A stretch of DNA of 64,000 nucleotides from a virus (IMGVR_UViG_2878528002_000001:98473-162472), one strand, 5' to 3'. Shown: positions 28,010 through 37,885, numbered from the stretch's first letter. Translations and numbers: made by a program. Notes: generated from the sequence alone by a model not told the origin.

Positions 28010-29119
28010 ATGAAAGACATTAAGATTGTGATTGGAAGTAATTTTGGGGATGAGGGAAAAGGAATGATGACAGATTTCTTTTCCCAGAAATCAAACAGCA
28101 TTGTAGTGTGTTCAAACGGCGGAGCACAACGCGGACATACCGTAGTAACTCCAGATGGAATCAGACATGTCTTTCATCATTTTGGTTCCGGAGCATTTAA
28201 TGGAGCAAGCACGTATTTACCAGAAGATTTTATCTTAAATCCAGTTGTTTTCCGCCAGGAATTACACGAGCTTTACAGAGTAAAGCATCTTCCCGCAACA
28301 TATATTCATAATGATTGTATGGTCACAACTCCATGGGATATGATGGCAAATCAGATTGTTGAAGAAAGTCGTGGTAAGAATAAACACGGAAGTTGTGGCA
28401 TGGGAATTTTTGAAACAATTACACGCTACAAGGCGGGAGTAGTTGATTTAGATTCTTCTATTCGCGATTATTATTTGGAACGGTTTTCGGAAGAAAATAT
28501 ACAGTTATCTGATTCATGGAAAACTCTTATTATGAATGATGATATATTCGATCATTTCTTAGATGATTTGGATTTTATGAACGAATATTGTTCTGTAATT
28601 TCTGATGACTATTTTCTAAATCTATTCGATAACATTGTATTCGAGGCAGGACAGGGTTTACTACTTGATCAGAACAATCTTGAATATTTTCCAAATTTAA
28701 CTCCTTCAAATACAGGCATTAAAAATCCTAAGAAAATTATTGAACGTGTTGAGTGGAATGATGAGATCGAGATAGAAACCTGTTATGTTACAAGAACATA
28801 TATGACGAGACACGGTGTGGGCAAGTTTCCTACTGAATGTAATAAATCGGTAATTAATGGAAAAATGTTTGATAAAACAAATGTACCTAATATTCATCAG
28901 AATTCATTAAGATACGGAACATTAGATTACGAAGAATTATGTAGTAGATGTTCAAACGATGTTAAAGATTTTGGGGATAAAAAATCTATTGCTATCACAC
29001 ATTGCAATGAATTTCCATATGATTCAAATAAAATCTCTGAAATATTTAAAGGATGGGATATTTACTATTCTAATGGAGAAATTCGGGACAGTATCAATAG
29101 AAAGTGTGATAGTTTATGA
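28010..29119 (+). CDS. adenylosuccinate synthetase (PurA) homolog; candidate PurZ-type N6-succino-2-amino-2'-deoxyadenylate synthase
   Basis: Aligns along its length with PurA: IGSNFGDEGKGMMTD (P-loop with Asp13), NGGAQRGHTVV (His41 loop), FEAGQGLLLD (FEGAQG), VGKFPTE. The guanine-specificity (T/S)KLD motif position reads ITHCNE. Confidence 0.7.
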   Translation: MKDIKIVIGSNFGDEGKGMMTDFFSQKSNSIVVCSNGGAQRGHTVVTPDGIRHVFHHFGSGAFNGASTYLPEDFILNPVVFRQELHELYRVKHLPATYIHNDCMVTTPWDMMANQIVEESRGKNKHGSCGMGIFETITRYKAGVVDLDSSIRDYYLERFSEENIQLSDSWKTLIMNDDIFDHFLDDLDFMNEYCSVISDDYFLNLFDNIVFEAGQGLLLDQNNLEYFPNLTPSNTGIKNPKKIIERVEWNDEIEIETCYVTRTYMTRHGVGKFPTECNKSVINGKMFDKTNVPNIHQNSLRYGTLDYEELCSRCSNDVKDFGDKKSIAITHCNEFPYDSNKISEIFKGWDIYYSNGEIRDSINRKCDSL

Positions 29120-29412
29120 AAAAAGATAATAGAGAAATTCATATTTGGTTAGACGATCCGCCGTGTATAGTGAATGCATGTACTTCATATTTTTGTACTA
29201 GAGATTTATTTGATATAAATGAGAAAATTATTCACACTACACAAACACATTTTTGTTCGTTCAGATATCACAGAAGAATCTTTGTACATGTAAACGGTGG
29301 AGTACATGAAATTAAAATTGGTGAAACAGAAGGTACGAATAGAGAAATTCGCGAAGGACATAATATTGAGAAAATGTTATTTGCTGGAGAATTTGACTGG
29401 TTTAGAGGGTAA
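29116..29412 (+). CDS. hypothetical protein
   Basis: ORF of 98 aa. ATGA overlap with the PurA-like gene. Confidence 0.4.
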   Translation: MKKDNREIHIWLDDPPCIVNACTSYFCTRDLFDINEKIIHTTQTHFCSFRYHRRIFVHVNGGVHEIKIGETEGTNREIREGHNIEKMLFAGEFDWFRG

Positions 29413-29417
29413 AGAAA

Positions 29418-29786
29418 ATGTCTACAGGATTTAATTGGTTTAAGTCATATAAAATCACAATCCATCGAGCAACAAAAATGTGGGATTGGGATGAACACAA
29501 GCTCGAATATATTGGTGGAGGAAGTAGTTCTCATTCAGGAACAAACATTGCCAATGTTCAAGACCTCATTGAAAAATATAGTGGAAAGAGAATCCCTACA
29601 ATTGAAGAGGATTTTATAAATTCAGAAGATGAAGATTTACATTTAATTGATCCAAAAGAGATGTCACAAATTTGTGAAAAGATATTAGCTGACAACGAAG
29701 TTGACAAAGTAAATATGAGAGATCGAATAGAGTTGTTTAAAGATTTATCAGACGAAGGATATTTTCTTTCATATGACTATATGTAA
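29418..29786 (+). CDS. hypothetical protein
   Basis: ORF of 122 aa. Confidence 0.4.
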   Translation: MSTGFNWFKSYKITIHRATKMWDWDEHKLEYIGGGSSSHSGTNIANVQDLIEKYSGKRIPTIEEDFINSEDEDLHLIDPKEMSQICEKILADNEVDKVNMRDRIELFKDLSDEGYFLSYDYM

Positions 29787-30020
29787 CAGCAATGAAATCA
29801 GAGTTTCATCGGCATAAAATTGAGGTAAAAATGATAGAAAATGAAGAAATTCAAGAAATTAGACTAAATCCGGTATTTTTCAAGAATGACGACCTGCAAA
29901 GCCTTATAAATCAAGGGTTCCAGGCATCATATATGACGGACGAAGAATTAAGTGATAAAGACGTTATTTACGAAATTTGGACAAAAAACCAATGAAAATG
30001 CGTGTTTTAAGGAGGATAAA

Positions 30021-30371
30021 ATGGTTCACATATGTGTCGGAAGAGAATGCAACGATTATATAGATTGTGATAAAAAGGACATATGCAAGTATTCGCGAAA
30101 TAAAAAGTTTCCAATGAGCATATTTAATCTATTTTTGCTATATAAGAGAGATAATAGACTTAGTGGCACTTCTAAATGTCCATATAATAAAAGTCGAAAT
30201 TATACGTGTTGGGATTGCGCTCATCAAACAAATTGGGAAGAATGTGATGTAGTTCCAAAAGATAGACTTCCGTATGTTGCACAGGATGGCTGGAAAGTTT
30301 ATAGCAGATGTGGAAGTTTTAAGAAAGCAAACTATGCGGATAATTATCTGTCCGAAGAATATAAATATTAG
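30021..30371 (+). CDS. Cys-rich hypothetical protein
   Basis: ATG at 30021 after AAGGAGGATAAAATG. CVGRECNDYIDCDKKDIC...CPYN...CWDCAH. Confidence 0.4.
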   Translation: MVHICVGRECNDYIDCDKKDICKYSRNKKFPMSIFNLFLLYKRDNRLSGTSKCPYNKSRNYTCWDCAHQTNWEECDVVPKDRLPYVAQDGWKVYSRCGSFKKANYADNYLSEEYKY

Positions 30372-30383
30372 AAGGATTATAAA

Positions 30384-30647
30384 ATGAAAAGATTAACTAT
30401 TCAGGAGTTTCCACGTACTGACATATTATGGAATAAAGTAAATGAAATCATTGACTATATCAATAAAAAAGAAAACAACAATCCAGAGTCGTTATATGCA
30501 ATTAAAAATATCGAAACTGGAGAAATCATTTTCAATGCACGTGGTGGAGCGTATCAAAACAAAGAAGCAGCAATTAGCAAATGTTTAGAATTAGGACAGG
30601 AAACGCATAAATTAGTAGAGTACAAATTGAGTGAGGAACAATTATGA
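30384..30647 (+). CDS. hypothetical protein
   Basis: ORF of 87 aa. Confidence 0.4.
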   Translation: MKRLTIQEFPRTDILWNKVNEIIDYINKKENNNPESLYAIKNIETGEIIFNARGGAYQNKEAAISKCLELGQETHKLVEYKLSEEQL

Positions 30648-30859
30648 TCACATTAGAAGATATTTTGCCACTTGTTTTGGAAAATGATATTCGTCTTGTT
30701 GATAACGACTCTGGCGATGAAATCTGTTTTCTTAGAAATGGCTATTTCAATTCTATCTTATCTGAAAAATATTCCCGTGCAATTGTAAAACATATTAACA
30801 ATGATGAATGTATTGAAGATACCATAAACATTTATATTTTGGTAAGAAATAATGATTAA
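30644..30859 (+). CDS. hypothetical protein
   Basis: ORF of 71 aa with an ATGA overlap. Confidence 0.35.
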   Translation: MITLEDILPLVLENDIRLVDNDSGDEICFLRNGYFNSILSEKYSRAIVKHINNDECIEDTINIYILVRNND

Positions 30860-31124
30860 ATACAACAAACCATATCCTACAATCGGAGAATTAATAAAAG
30901 ACAAGGACTATGATTATGTTTCATATAGAATGCTGATTCCTGGATTCGATGAAGAAAACGGGGAATTCGCAGGTTGTTTCTCATCGAAAAATGGTGAGAT
31001 TATTCCATTGGATTATGACACATATTACGAGTCCGAAGAAGTTATCGCCTCGGAAGAATGGAATATGCCAAAAGAGGGAATTGAAAACGGATTAACTGTT
31101 GTTGTAGAAGGGGAATTTTTATGA
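30852..31124 (+). CDS. hypothetical acidic protein
   Basis: ORF of 90 aa. Confidence 0.4.
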   Translation: MIKYNKPYPTIGELIKDKDYDYVSYRMLIPGFDEENGEFAGCFSSKNGEIIPLDYDTYYESEEVIASEEWNMPKEGIENGLTVVVEGEFL

Positions 31125-31333
31125 AAGAAATTGGAAGAAAACGTATAAATTATGACTCAATCGTCACAGTGGAACTTTCATTAAGAGAATTACAAATCAT
31201 AAAAGATGCGTGTGGTGTGTCAAAATTCGAAACTATGCGTAATATATGGGATACAAAAAATCCACCATATACATTTGAAGATAAAGATAAAGTAAGAGCA
31301 ACGGCAAGTGCTATTTTATCAAGTTATATGTAA
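31121..31333 (+). CDS. hypothetical protein
   Basis: ORF of 70 aa. Confidence 0.35.
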   Translation: MKEIGRKRINYDSIVTVELSLRELQIIKDACGVSKFETMRNIWDTKNPPYTFEDKDKVRATASAILSSYM

Positions 31334-31355
31334 AAGGTGGTGAAAATACAATATT

Positions 31356-31529
31356 ATGCCAGTATTTTATTTTTTAGTAATTTGTGGTGCAATCGCAGTA
31401 TGGTTTTTACTTTCTGGGCTTTTTTATCCGATTGGCAAGTTTCTAAAGCACATTGGAAATGATGCAATTGGAGAATTAACTAGAGAAGATAAAAATAAAA
31501 AAGAAAAGAAAACGGAGGATAATGAATGA
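31356..31529 (+). CDS. small membrane protein upstream of the SPFH gene (not in ORF track)
   Basis: MPVFYFLVICGAIAVWFLLSGLFYPIGKF.. has one transmembrane helix. RBS AAAGGTGGTGA. Its stop overlaps the ATG of the SPFH gene (ATGA). Confidence 0.4.
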   Translation: MPVFYFLVICGAIAVWFLLSGLFYPIGKFLKHIGNDAIGELTREDKNKKEKKTEDNE

Positions 31530-32479
31530 AACGAGGGAAATTAGGTGGAATTGCATTAGGAGTATTTATTGCCGTTGTATTAATTTGTTTATGGAAATGT
31601 AGTGTTCGAGTACCAACCGGATATAAGGCAGTAACATATCATCTGAATGGCGGAATTTCAAAAGATACATTAGATGAAGGATGGCACATTGTTCCGCCAA
31701 CAGTAGTGAAAACTTCTTTATATTCTATTGGAATTGAACAGTCATACCTTACTTCCGAAGATAAGGGTGATTCTCCTAAAGACGAAAGTTTTAAGACTCC
31801 TACAGCAGATGGAAAATCCTTACTTGTTAATTTGGAATTTTCTTATATGTTTGATCAAGATAGAATTACAACAGTGTTTAAAAAATTCAAAGGACAGTCA
31901 GGCGAGACTGTAAAAAACACTTTTATTAAACCTAAAATGAAAGCATGGACACAGGAAGTTACTGCAAAATATCCTGTAACAGATGTATTTGGAGATAAAC
32001 GTCAGGAGCTGAATGAAGCACTTGATACATATCTGAAACAGAAGTTTGATCCATATGGAATCATTATTGACACTGTAAACTTCACATCTATTTCTACGGA
32101 TGATGAAACTCAGGCGGCTATTCAGAAGAAAGTCAATGCACAACAGGAACTTGAGCTTGCGAATATCGAAGCAAAAACAGCAAAAGTTCAGGCAGATAAA
32201 GACAAGGAAGTTGCACTGATCACAGCAGAGCAGGACAAAGAAAAAGCAGCTATTCAGGCTGAACAGGCGAAAATTGAGGCAGAAGGTAAAGCTGAAGCTG
32301 TAAAAATCAAGGCACAGGCAGAAGCAGAAGCTAATAAAGAAATTGCAGAATCTCTTACTCCGGAACTGATTGAGAAACAGAAGATTGACAAATGGAATGG
32401 TGAAGTTCCAAAAATTCAGGGTGGAGACGCTTCAACGATTGTAGACACAAGAGATATGACTGAATCTACAGAAGAATAA
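31526..32479 (+). CDS. SPFH/band-7 (prohibitin/HflKC-like) domain membrane protein
   Basis: N-terminal transmembrane helix, then VRVPTGYKAV..EGWHIVPP.., then a long Ala/Glu/Lys coiled coil (QAEQAKIEAEGKAEAVKIKAQAEAEANKEIAE). Confidence 0.7.
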   Translation: MKRGKLGGIALGVFIAVVLICLWKCSVRVPTGYKAVTYHLNGGISKDTLDEGWHIVPPTVVKTSLYSIGIEQSYLTSEDKGDSPKDESFKTPTADGKSLLVNLEFSYMFDQDRITTVFKKFKGQSGETVKNTFIKPKMKAWTQEVTAKYPVTDVFGDKRQELNEALDTYLKQKFDPYGIIIDTVNFTSISTDDETQAAIQKKVNAQQELELANIEAKTAKVQADKDKEVALITAEQDKEKAAIQAEQAKIEAEGKAEAVKIKAQAEAEANKEIAESLTPELIEKQKIDKWNGEVPKIQGGDASTIVDTRDMTESTEE

Positions 32480-32569
32480 TTTTTTATCCATGCACGATGT
32501 CAAAGTCGTGTGTGGGATTCACGGAAAACATAAAATGAAGGTAGCCGTTATTTTTAAAAGGAATAATTA

Positions 32570-33202
32570 ATGGATAATGTAATCGGAAGAAAAGTTCGTG
32601 TTAAGCCCTTAAATGAGATTCCAACATATTTACATTCATATTGTAAAAATTTTGCTGGAGAGATAGGAGTAATAACAGGGGTTAGTATTAGCCCTAATGA
32701 AATAGAATATCGAATTGATTTGGGATGGGAGACAATAAGTACAGTAACAAAATATTTTGATTTTATAGATGAAGAGGAGAATAAAAACATGGCAGCATTA
32801 AAAGGATATAAATCAGTAGCAGTAATTGAATTTGGATCTGGATGTTGTAAGAGTACTTATCATTACGCAATTTATGATGATGGTACAAATTACAAGCCAA
32901 AAGACATTGTATATGTTTCAGGAAATGCGACATGTCCAATTGCGTCTATCAAAGAAATTATTACACCAGAAGAAGCGGATTTAAGATTCAAAAAATCCAT
33001 TACGGCAGAAGTTATCTGTAAAATTGATAAATCCGCATATGAGAATAGAGTTAATAACAGAAAACGAGCCGAAAATATTAAAAAGAAAATGGATAAAATG
33101 ATTAAAGTCATGGATGAAAATAAGAAATACGAAATGTATGCAAATGAAAATCCTGAGTTGTTGAAACTGTTGAATGAATTTAAAGAAGTAAGTGGAATGT
33201 AA
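32570..33202 (+). CDS. hypothetical protein
   Basis: ORF of 210 aa. Confidence 0.45.
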   Translation: MDNVIGRKVRVKPLNEIPTYLHSYCKNFAGEIGVITGVSISPNEIEYRIDLGWETISTVTKYFDFIDEEENKNMAALKGYKSVAVIEFGSGCCKSTYHYAIYDDGTNYKPKDIVYVSGNATCPIASIKEIITPEEADLRFKKSITAEVICKIDKSAYENRVNNRKRAENIKKKMDKMIKVMDENKKYEMYANENPELLKLLNEFKEVSGM

Positions 33203-33373
33203 AATAATGAAATATCACTTTCATTGTTGAGAGGAGATGGATAATATGTTTAAAGTAAAGAGCCGTAGAGGGATTATCTATACCGTTTATGCAGTTGATG
33301 GGAAGTACTTTCTAGTTTACGGAACAACGTGGGAATGGAGAAGCATGTATGATTTTTACCCTATAGAAGAAAG

Positions 33374-33925
33374 ATGAAAAGAAAATTAGATTATATCATA
33401 GAATCAGATGATGATTGCAGGCTGGTTTTTAGATTTTATCCACGTAGTTCATCATGTCATAGTTTCAATGAGGAACCGCCGAAATCCTGGGGAGATGTAT
33501 ATAAAGTATATTATTCATGGGCGATTTTGATACAGTTTTTTGATGAAGAAGGTGCAATCAGATACACTAAAACAGTATATAAGGATGATTTTGATGAGTG
33601 TTCTAGGATAGATGAGATCGCCGCAAGGTGTAAATATCTTGCCAAAGGTAAAGAAAAGATTGAATTAGAACATCAAGGAGACAAATATACAGTTGCCTTG
33701 TTAGATACAAATGTTATTCCTATCGGGATGGGCACAACATGGAAAATCTTAAAAAGAGAATATAATGACATCGATTATGGGTATCACATTTCTTATCTTT
33801 TTGAGGTTTGGGGATACAATGAACAAGGCTATCGTTTTTATATATCTCAAGAAAGAATACAAGATTTTGGTGAATATTTACAGATGTGTTGTGACTATAT
33901 GTTGGAACACGGAGAACCAATTTAG
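33374..33925 (+). CDS. hypothetical protein
   Basis: ORF of 183 aa. Confidence 0.45.
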   Translation: MKRKLDYIIESDDDCRLVFRFYPRSSSCHSFNEEPPKSWGDVYKVYYSWAILIQFFDEEGAIRYTKTVYKDDFDECSRIDEIAARCKYLAKGKEKIELEHQGDKYTVALLDTNVIPIGMGTTWKILKREYNDIDYGYHISYLFEVWGYNEQGYRFYISQERIQDFGEYLQMCCDYMLEHGEPI

Positions 33926-34219
33926 AAAAGGAGAAAATAATATGACAGCAAAAGAAAATCGAGATTTACAGGAATTTACAGCATTTTGCGAAAGAAAAGG
34001 AATTTGTATTAAAGATGAGAACGGACATTATAAAAGCACACATGATGTATTGTCTGAACTTGCGAGACATTGGGAGAATAAACAGGATTAGAGAATATGA
34101 ATTGGAATCCCGTGTTAAACAAATTTATTGAAATTAAAAATACCTATATCAAAAAATGGAGAAGAAAAATTCAAATTACTGGAAGACTTTCATAAATGTG
34201 ATTTGGATGCAAGATAATT

Positions 34220-34510
34220 ATGAAGCGAGATCCTGAAAAACATTATATAAAGAAGAAAATGGATACAATAAGAGTTAAAAAGATTTATCCTAGATTTTTT
34301 TATTATCCGTGTGAGAAGTGTGGGTTTGAGTACAAGAAAGAGAATATGTATCAATGCGATTGGGAAGATAGTCGTCTAATTCTATCATATACTCGTTATG
34401 GGTGTAGTCATTGTTTCGATAGTGAAACACAATTTGTTAAATATTTACAAGATAATGGAATCTTATATAATGAAGAATCTTTAAAAAGAGCATATCGAGG
34501 TTTGGAATGA
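34220..34510 (+). CDS. hypothetical protein with zinc ribbon
   Basis: CEKCGFEY...CSHCFD. Confidence 0.4.
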   Translation: MKRDPEKHYIKKKMDTIRVKKIYPRFFYYPCEKCGFEYKKENMYQCDWEDSRLILSYTRYGCSHCFDSETQFVKYLQDNGILYNEESLKRAYRGLE

Positions 34511-34746
34511 GTATGAAATCAAATTTCAAGGAGATTTATATGATTGACAGTAACGATACTATTCAGTATGAAAATGGTAGGGATTCCGACTATGAAGATG
34601 GATTTGAATATGCGAAATCTATTTATTTGGATATCATAGAAGATATGGCGTATGAGATTGCTACGAACAGATATCCGAAAAAATATACCCATACAGATGA
34701 TGTATTAAAAATAATTGGTGAATTTGTACCTGAAAAATATAGGTAG
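34507..34746 (+). CDS. hypothetical protein
   Basis: ORF of 79 aa with an ATGA overlap. Confidence 0.35.
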   Translation: MSMKSNFKEIYMIDSNDTIQYENGRDSDYEDGFEYAKSIYLDIIEDMAYEIATNRYPKKYTHTDDVLKIIGEFVPEKYR

Positions 34747-34928
34747 TACAAATGACATTCAAAGAACAATCAGAAATTCTTAACAGGCAAAGAATTAAAG
34801 AGTGGACACATTTATGTGAAAGCGCAGGAATCTATTTAAAAAAGTCAAATGACGAATACAAGACAGTTTATGAATTTTTTAAAGAATTATCAATTAAATT
34901 CAAAGGCAAAAAATAAGAAAGGTTAATT

Positions 34929-35252
34929 ATGGCAAATTTAATTATACGAGATAGAGGAACTGGGAAAAGTACTGCATTAGTATATACAAGTTTTGCAACA
35001 AGATATCCGATTCTTGTTCAGTATGAATCAAGAATTCAACATTTAATAACCATTGCAATAGATTTAGGAGTTAATATCCCTCGTCCTATACGAATAGATC
35101 AATATCGAGATAGTAAAAGAAAAGAAGAAAATGTATTAATTGATGAAGGTTATGATCTGATTGGAGCTGCGGTTGATTCATATTTAGGAACTCATGTAGC
35201 TGCTATTACATTTACAGACAAAATAAAAGAGGGTGAAAATCAATGCAGATAA
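34929..35252 (+). CDS. small P-loop NTPase-like protein
   Basis: Walker A IIRDRGTGKSTALVYTS. Confidence 0.4.
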   Translation: MANLIIRDRGTGKSTALVYTSFATRYPILVQYESRIQHLITIAIDLGVNIPRPIRIDQYRDSKRKEENVLIDEGYDLIGAAVDSYLGTHVAAITFTDKIKEGENQCR

Positions 35253-35485
35253 TTCATGCAATTTCAGACAACTTAGAAGCACTATATATTGACGGAGAAT
35301 TAGTAAGTGAAGGCAGTCATATTGATTTTGATGATACTTTGTCGCTTCTTGCTACTCAAGCAAATACAAAAAATGAAAAAATTTATTTTGAATCTGTATC
35401 AGTTGATCAGGATTGGCTAGAAAATTGGAGTTGTTTTCCTAGTCATTTTCATCATATACCAAAAGATATGATTTGTATAAATTAA
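35243..35485 (+). CDS. hypothetical protein
   Basis: ORF of 80 aa. Confidence 0.35.
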   Translation: MQIIHAISDNLEALYIDGELVSEGSHIDFDDTLSLLATQANTKNEKIYFESVSVDQDWLENWSCFPSHFHHIPKDMICIN

Positions 35486-35502
35486 AGGAGAATATATAGA
35501 AA

Positions 35503-35784
35503 ATGATTATTACAGGAATGAATCACTTCCAGAGAGTATGTTTAAAGAAAATGGTTGAATGGTACAACGCAGATGCCGATATTTACCATACGCGGCAAAG
35601 GATTAATCTTGATGATGTATTTGTAGTATGGAGTTGCAAAACATTACAGAATTATAAATGTCTAGTATCCACAACGGTTTCTGGTGATGGCATTTACGCG
35701 GAATATACATATAATGGGGACAAACAAGAACTTTATGAAGATGTATATAAGAAACTTACAAATACTTGCATTACAGAAGAATAG
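35503..35784 (+). CDS. hypothetical protein
   Basis: ORF of 93 aa with an AAGGAGAATATATAGAAAATG RBS. Confidence 0.4.
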   Translation: MIITGMNHFQRVCLKKMVEWYNADADIYHTRQRINLDDVFVVWSCKTLQNYKCLVSTTVSGDGIYAEYTYNGDKQELYEDVYKKLTNTCITEE

Positions 35785-35793
35785 GGGAAAAAA

Positions 35794-36048
35794 ATGAAAC
35801 CAATTGTGTTTTATGATTTTGACCATGTATATCAGAACGAAATCACTATTAAGAAGGATAAATTCGAAAAATTGCTTAAAGATGTTTACAATGCAGGATT
35901 TGAAGATGGAAGAAGAGATTCGCATTTGTATTTTTCGAATCCTCCGAGAAATGGGGAATGGGAAATTACATGTGGCAGCAATGTGAAAAGAGATCCGATA
36001 AACGGCTCATTACATATGGGAACAACAAAAGTCTCTGACAAAATTTAA
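35794..36048 (+). CDS. hypothetical protein
   Basis: ORF of 84 aa. Confidence 0.4.
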   Translation: MKPIVFYDFDHVYQNEITIKKDKFEKLLKDVYNAGFEDGRRDSHLYFSNPPRNGEWEITCGSNVKRDPINGSLHMGTTKVSDKI

Positions 36049-36068
36049 CCACGAAATTTATTTTTCAT

Positions 36069-36095
36069 GGGAATATTAAAAATTCCCTTATATAT
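36069..36095 (+). terminator. hairpin GGGAAT-attaaaa-ATTCCC followed by TTATATATA
   Basis: Perfect 6-bp inverted repeat 20 nt after the stop of 35794..36048, followed by about 200 bp of noncoding DNA. Confidence 0.35.
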
Positions 36096-36289
36096 AATGG
36101 TTTTTTATCTAAGTATCATAGCTTACAAATGGTAAAAATATCAGTATTTTTTCTAATTTTATACGGTAAATCAAGAGTTTTATGATGTGCTGATGAAAAA
36201 TAAAATTAATTGGAAAGGATAAGAGTACCATGGGTAAGCTGCGCAGCACTTAGGTACTTATTATAAAAATAGCAATTATAGATGCGGAT

Positions 36290-37345
36290 ATGATTGGACG
36301 ATCAAAGCATAGATTTCCCAATTTAGTATGTATGAAACTCTCTGGATTTTATAAAGACAAGGGATATGATGTTTTGTTAAAAACTGATTATGAAAACATT
36401 TCAGAATATGATCAAGTGTTTATTTCTAAAGTATTCACAGATACTCTTATAGACGAATCTATTTTAAAATTCCCAAATGTAAAACATGGTGGCACAGGAT
36501 TCTTTTATGATAAGGCTGCATCATTACCAAATGATATAGAACATCATATGCCAGATTATCATTTATATGACGAATGGGTGAAATCACAACTTGATAATGG
36601 CAGCAAGAAAAATGATTTCAAATATTATATGGATTACTCAATAGGATTTATGACACGCGGTTGTTTCCGTAAATGCGAGTTCTGTGTAAATAAAAACTAT
36701 AATAAGGTTTCTCGGCATAGCCCTTTGGAAGAATTTTATGATCCAACGCGAAAAAAGATTTGCCTTTTAGACGATAATGTTTTTGGTTACAAAAATTGGA
36801 AAGATATATTTGAAGAACTGCAAAGCACTGGAAAACCTTTTCAGTTTAAGCAAGGCATGGACGAGAGAATCCTGACAGATGAAAAATGTGAAGTATTATT
36901 TAAGAGCAAATATGACGGCGATTATATTTTTGCTTTTGATAATATTGCGGATTCCGAAATCATAGAAAAGAAATTAAAGATGATTCGACAATATACAGAA
37001 AAGGCTATTAAATTTTATGTTCTGTGTGGATTTGATCGTGACAACAACTGGGATAATAAATTCTGGCAGCAGGATATTTTTGACATGATGGAGAGAATAA
37101 AAATTTTACAACAGTATCATTGTGTTCCATATATTATGCGATTTAATAGATATTTAGAATCTCCATATCAAGGAATCTATAAAACCGTTGCTGCATGGTG
37201 TAATCAACCGAGTTTCTTTAAGAAGAAAAGTTTACGTGAGTTTGGTATTGAAAGTGAAAAATACTCAAAGACACGAAACAAATACATAACAGATTTCGAG
37301 AAGAAATATCCGGAATTTGGAGAATATATGGATATGAAATGGTAA
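36290..37345 (+). CDS. radical SAM domain protein (second)
   Basis: C-x3-C-x2-C in GFMTRGCFRKCEFCVNKNY with an aromatic before the third Cys. The N-terminal about 110 aa (KLSGFYKDKGYDVLL..YDQVFIS) resemble a Rossmann or B12-binding-like lid. Confidence 0.55.
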   Translation: MIGRSKHRFPNLVCMKLSGFYKDKGYDVLLKTDYENISEYDQVFISKVFTDTLIDESILKFPNVKHGGTGFFYDKAASLPNDIEHHMPDYHLYDEWVKSQLDNGSKKNDFKYYMDYSIGFMTRGCFRKCEFCVNKNYNKVSRHSPLEEFYDPTRKKICLLDDNVFGYKNWKDIFEELQSTGKPFQFKQGMDERILTDEKCEVLFKSKYDGDYIFAFDNIADSEIIEKKLKMIRQYTEKAIKFYVLCGFDRDNNWDNKFWQQDIFDMMERIKILQQYHCVPYIMRFNRYLESPYQGIYKTVAAWCNQPSFFKKKSLREFGIESEKYSKTRNKYITDFEKKYPEFGEYMDMKW

Positions 37346-37372
37346 CGAAACATCGTTTTTATAGGAGAAAAT

Positions 37373-37648
37373 ATGATTAAAAAGTGTATAAGAAAAGAAC
37401 ATCTTGATTGCATTCAATTCACAAAAGATAACCAGGATGAAATTTTAAAAATATTGGAACCAAACCTGGATGGAGAACATATTTTTATTAAGGAAGAAAC
37501 TGATAAATATTGTTTAATTGAACATTTGGGCTGGTGTAAAAAGTACTACTATTACAATCATTGGTATGTACTGGGAGATGATAGAGATTATTTATGGAAT
37601 CAATATAGTCCAGAAGATTTCCAAGAAATGTTTAAATTAGTAGAATGA
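37373..37648 (+). CDS. hypothetical protein
   Basis: ORF of 91 aa with an AGGAGAAAATATG RBS. Confidence 0.4.
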   Translation: MIKKCIRKEHLDCIQFTKDNQDEILKILEPNLDGEHIFIKEETDKYCLIEHLGWCKKYYYYNHWYVLGDDRDYLWNQYSPEDFQEMFKLVE

Positions 37649-37885
37649 TGAAAGAAAATGACTGAGAATCAAAAAGAATATAAACGAGCAGTAATTGATG
37701 AAATTCAGAGAAAATATGAAGTAGATTGGATCACGGCAAGTAAAATGCTTGCCTTGACCAATATAGATGCTTCATTAAGAGATTATCCAAAAGAAACAAT
37801 GCATGATGATACTGATTATTGGGTAGAATGGGCACACGAAGCTTGGATATCAAAACTTTATCCATTTTTGTAGAAAGGAACAGAT

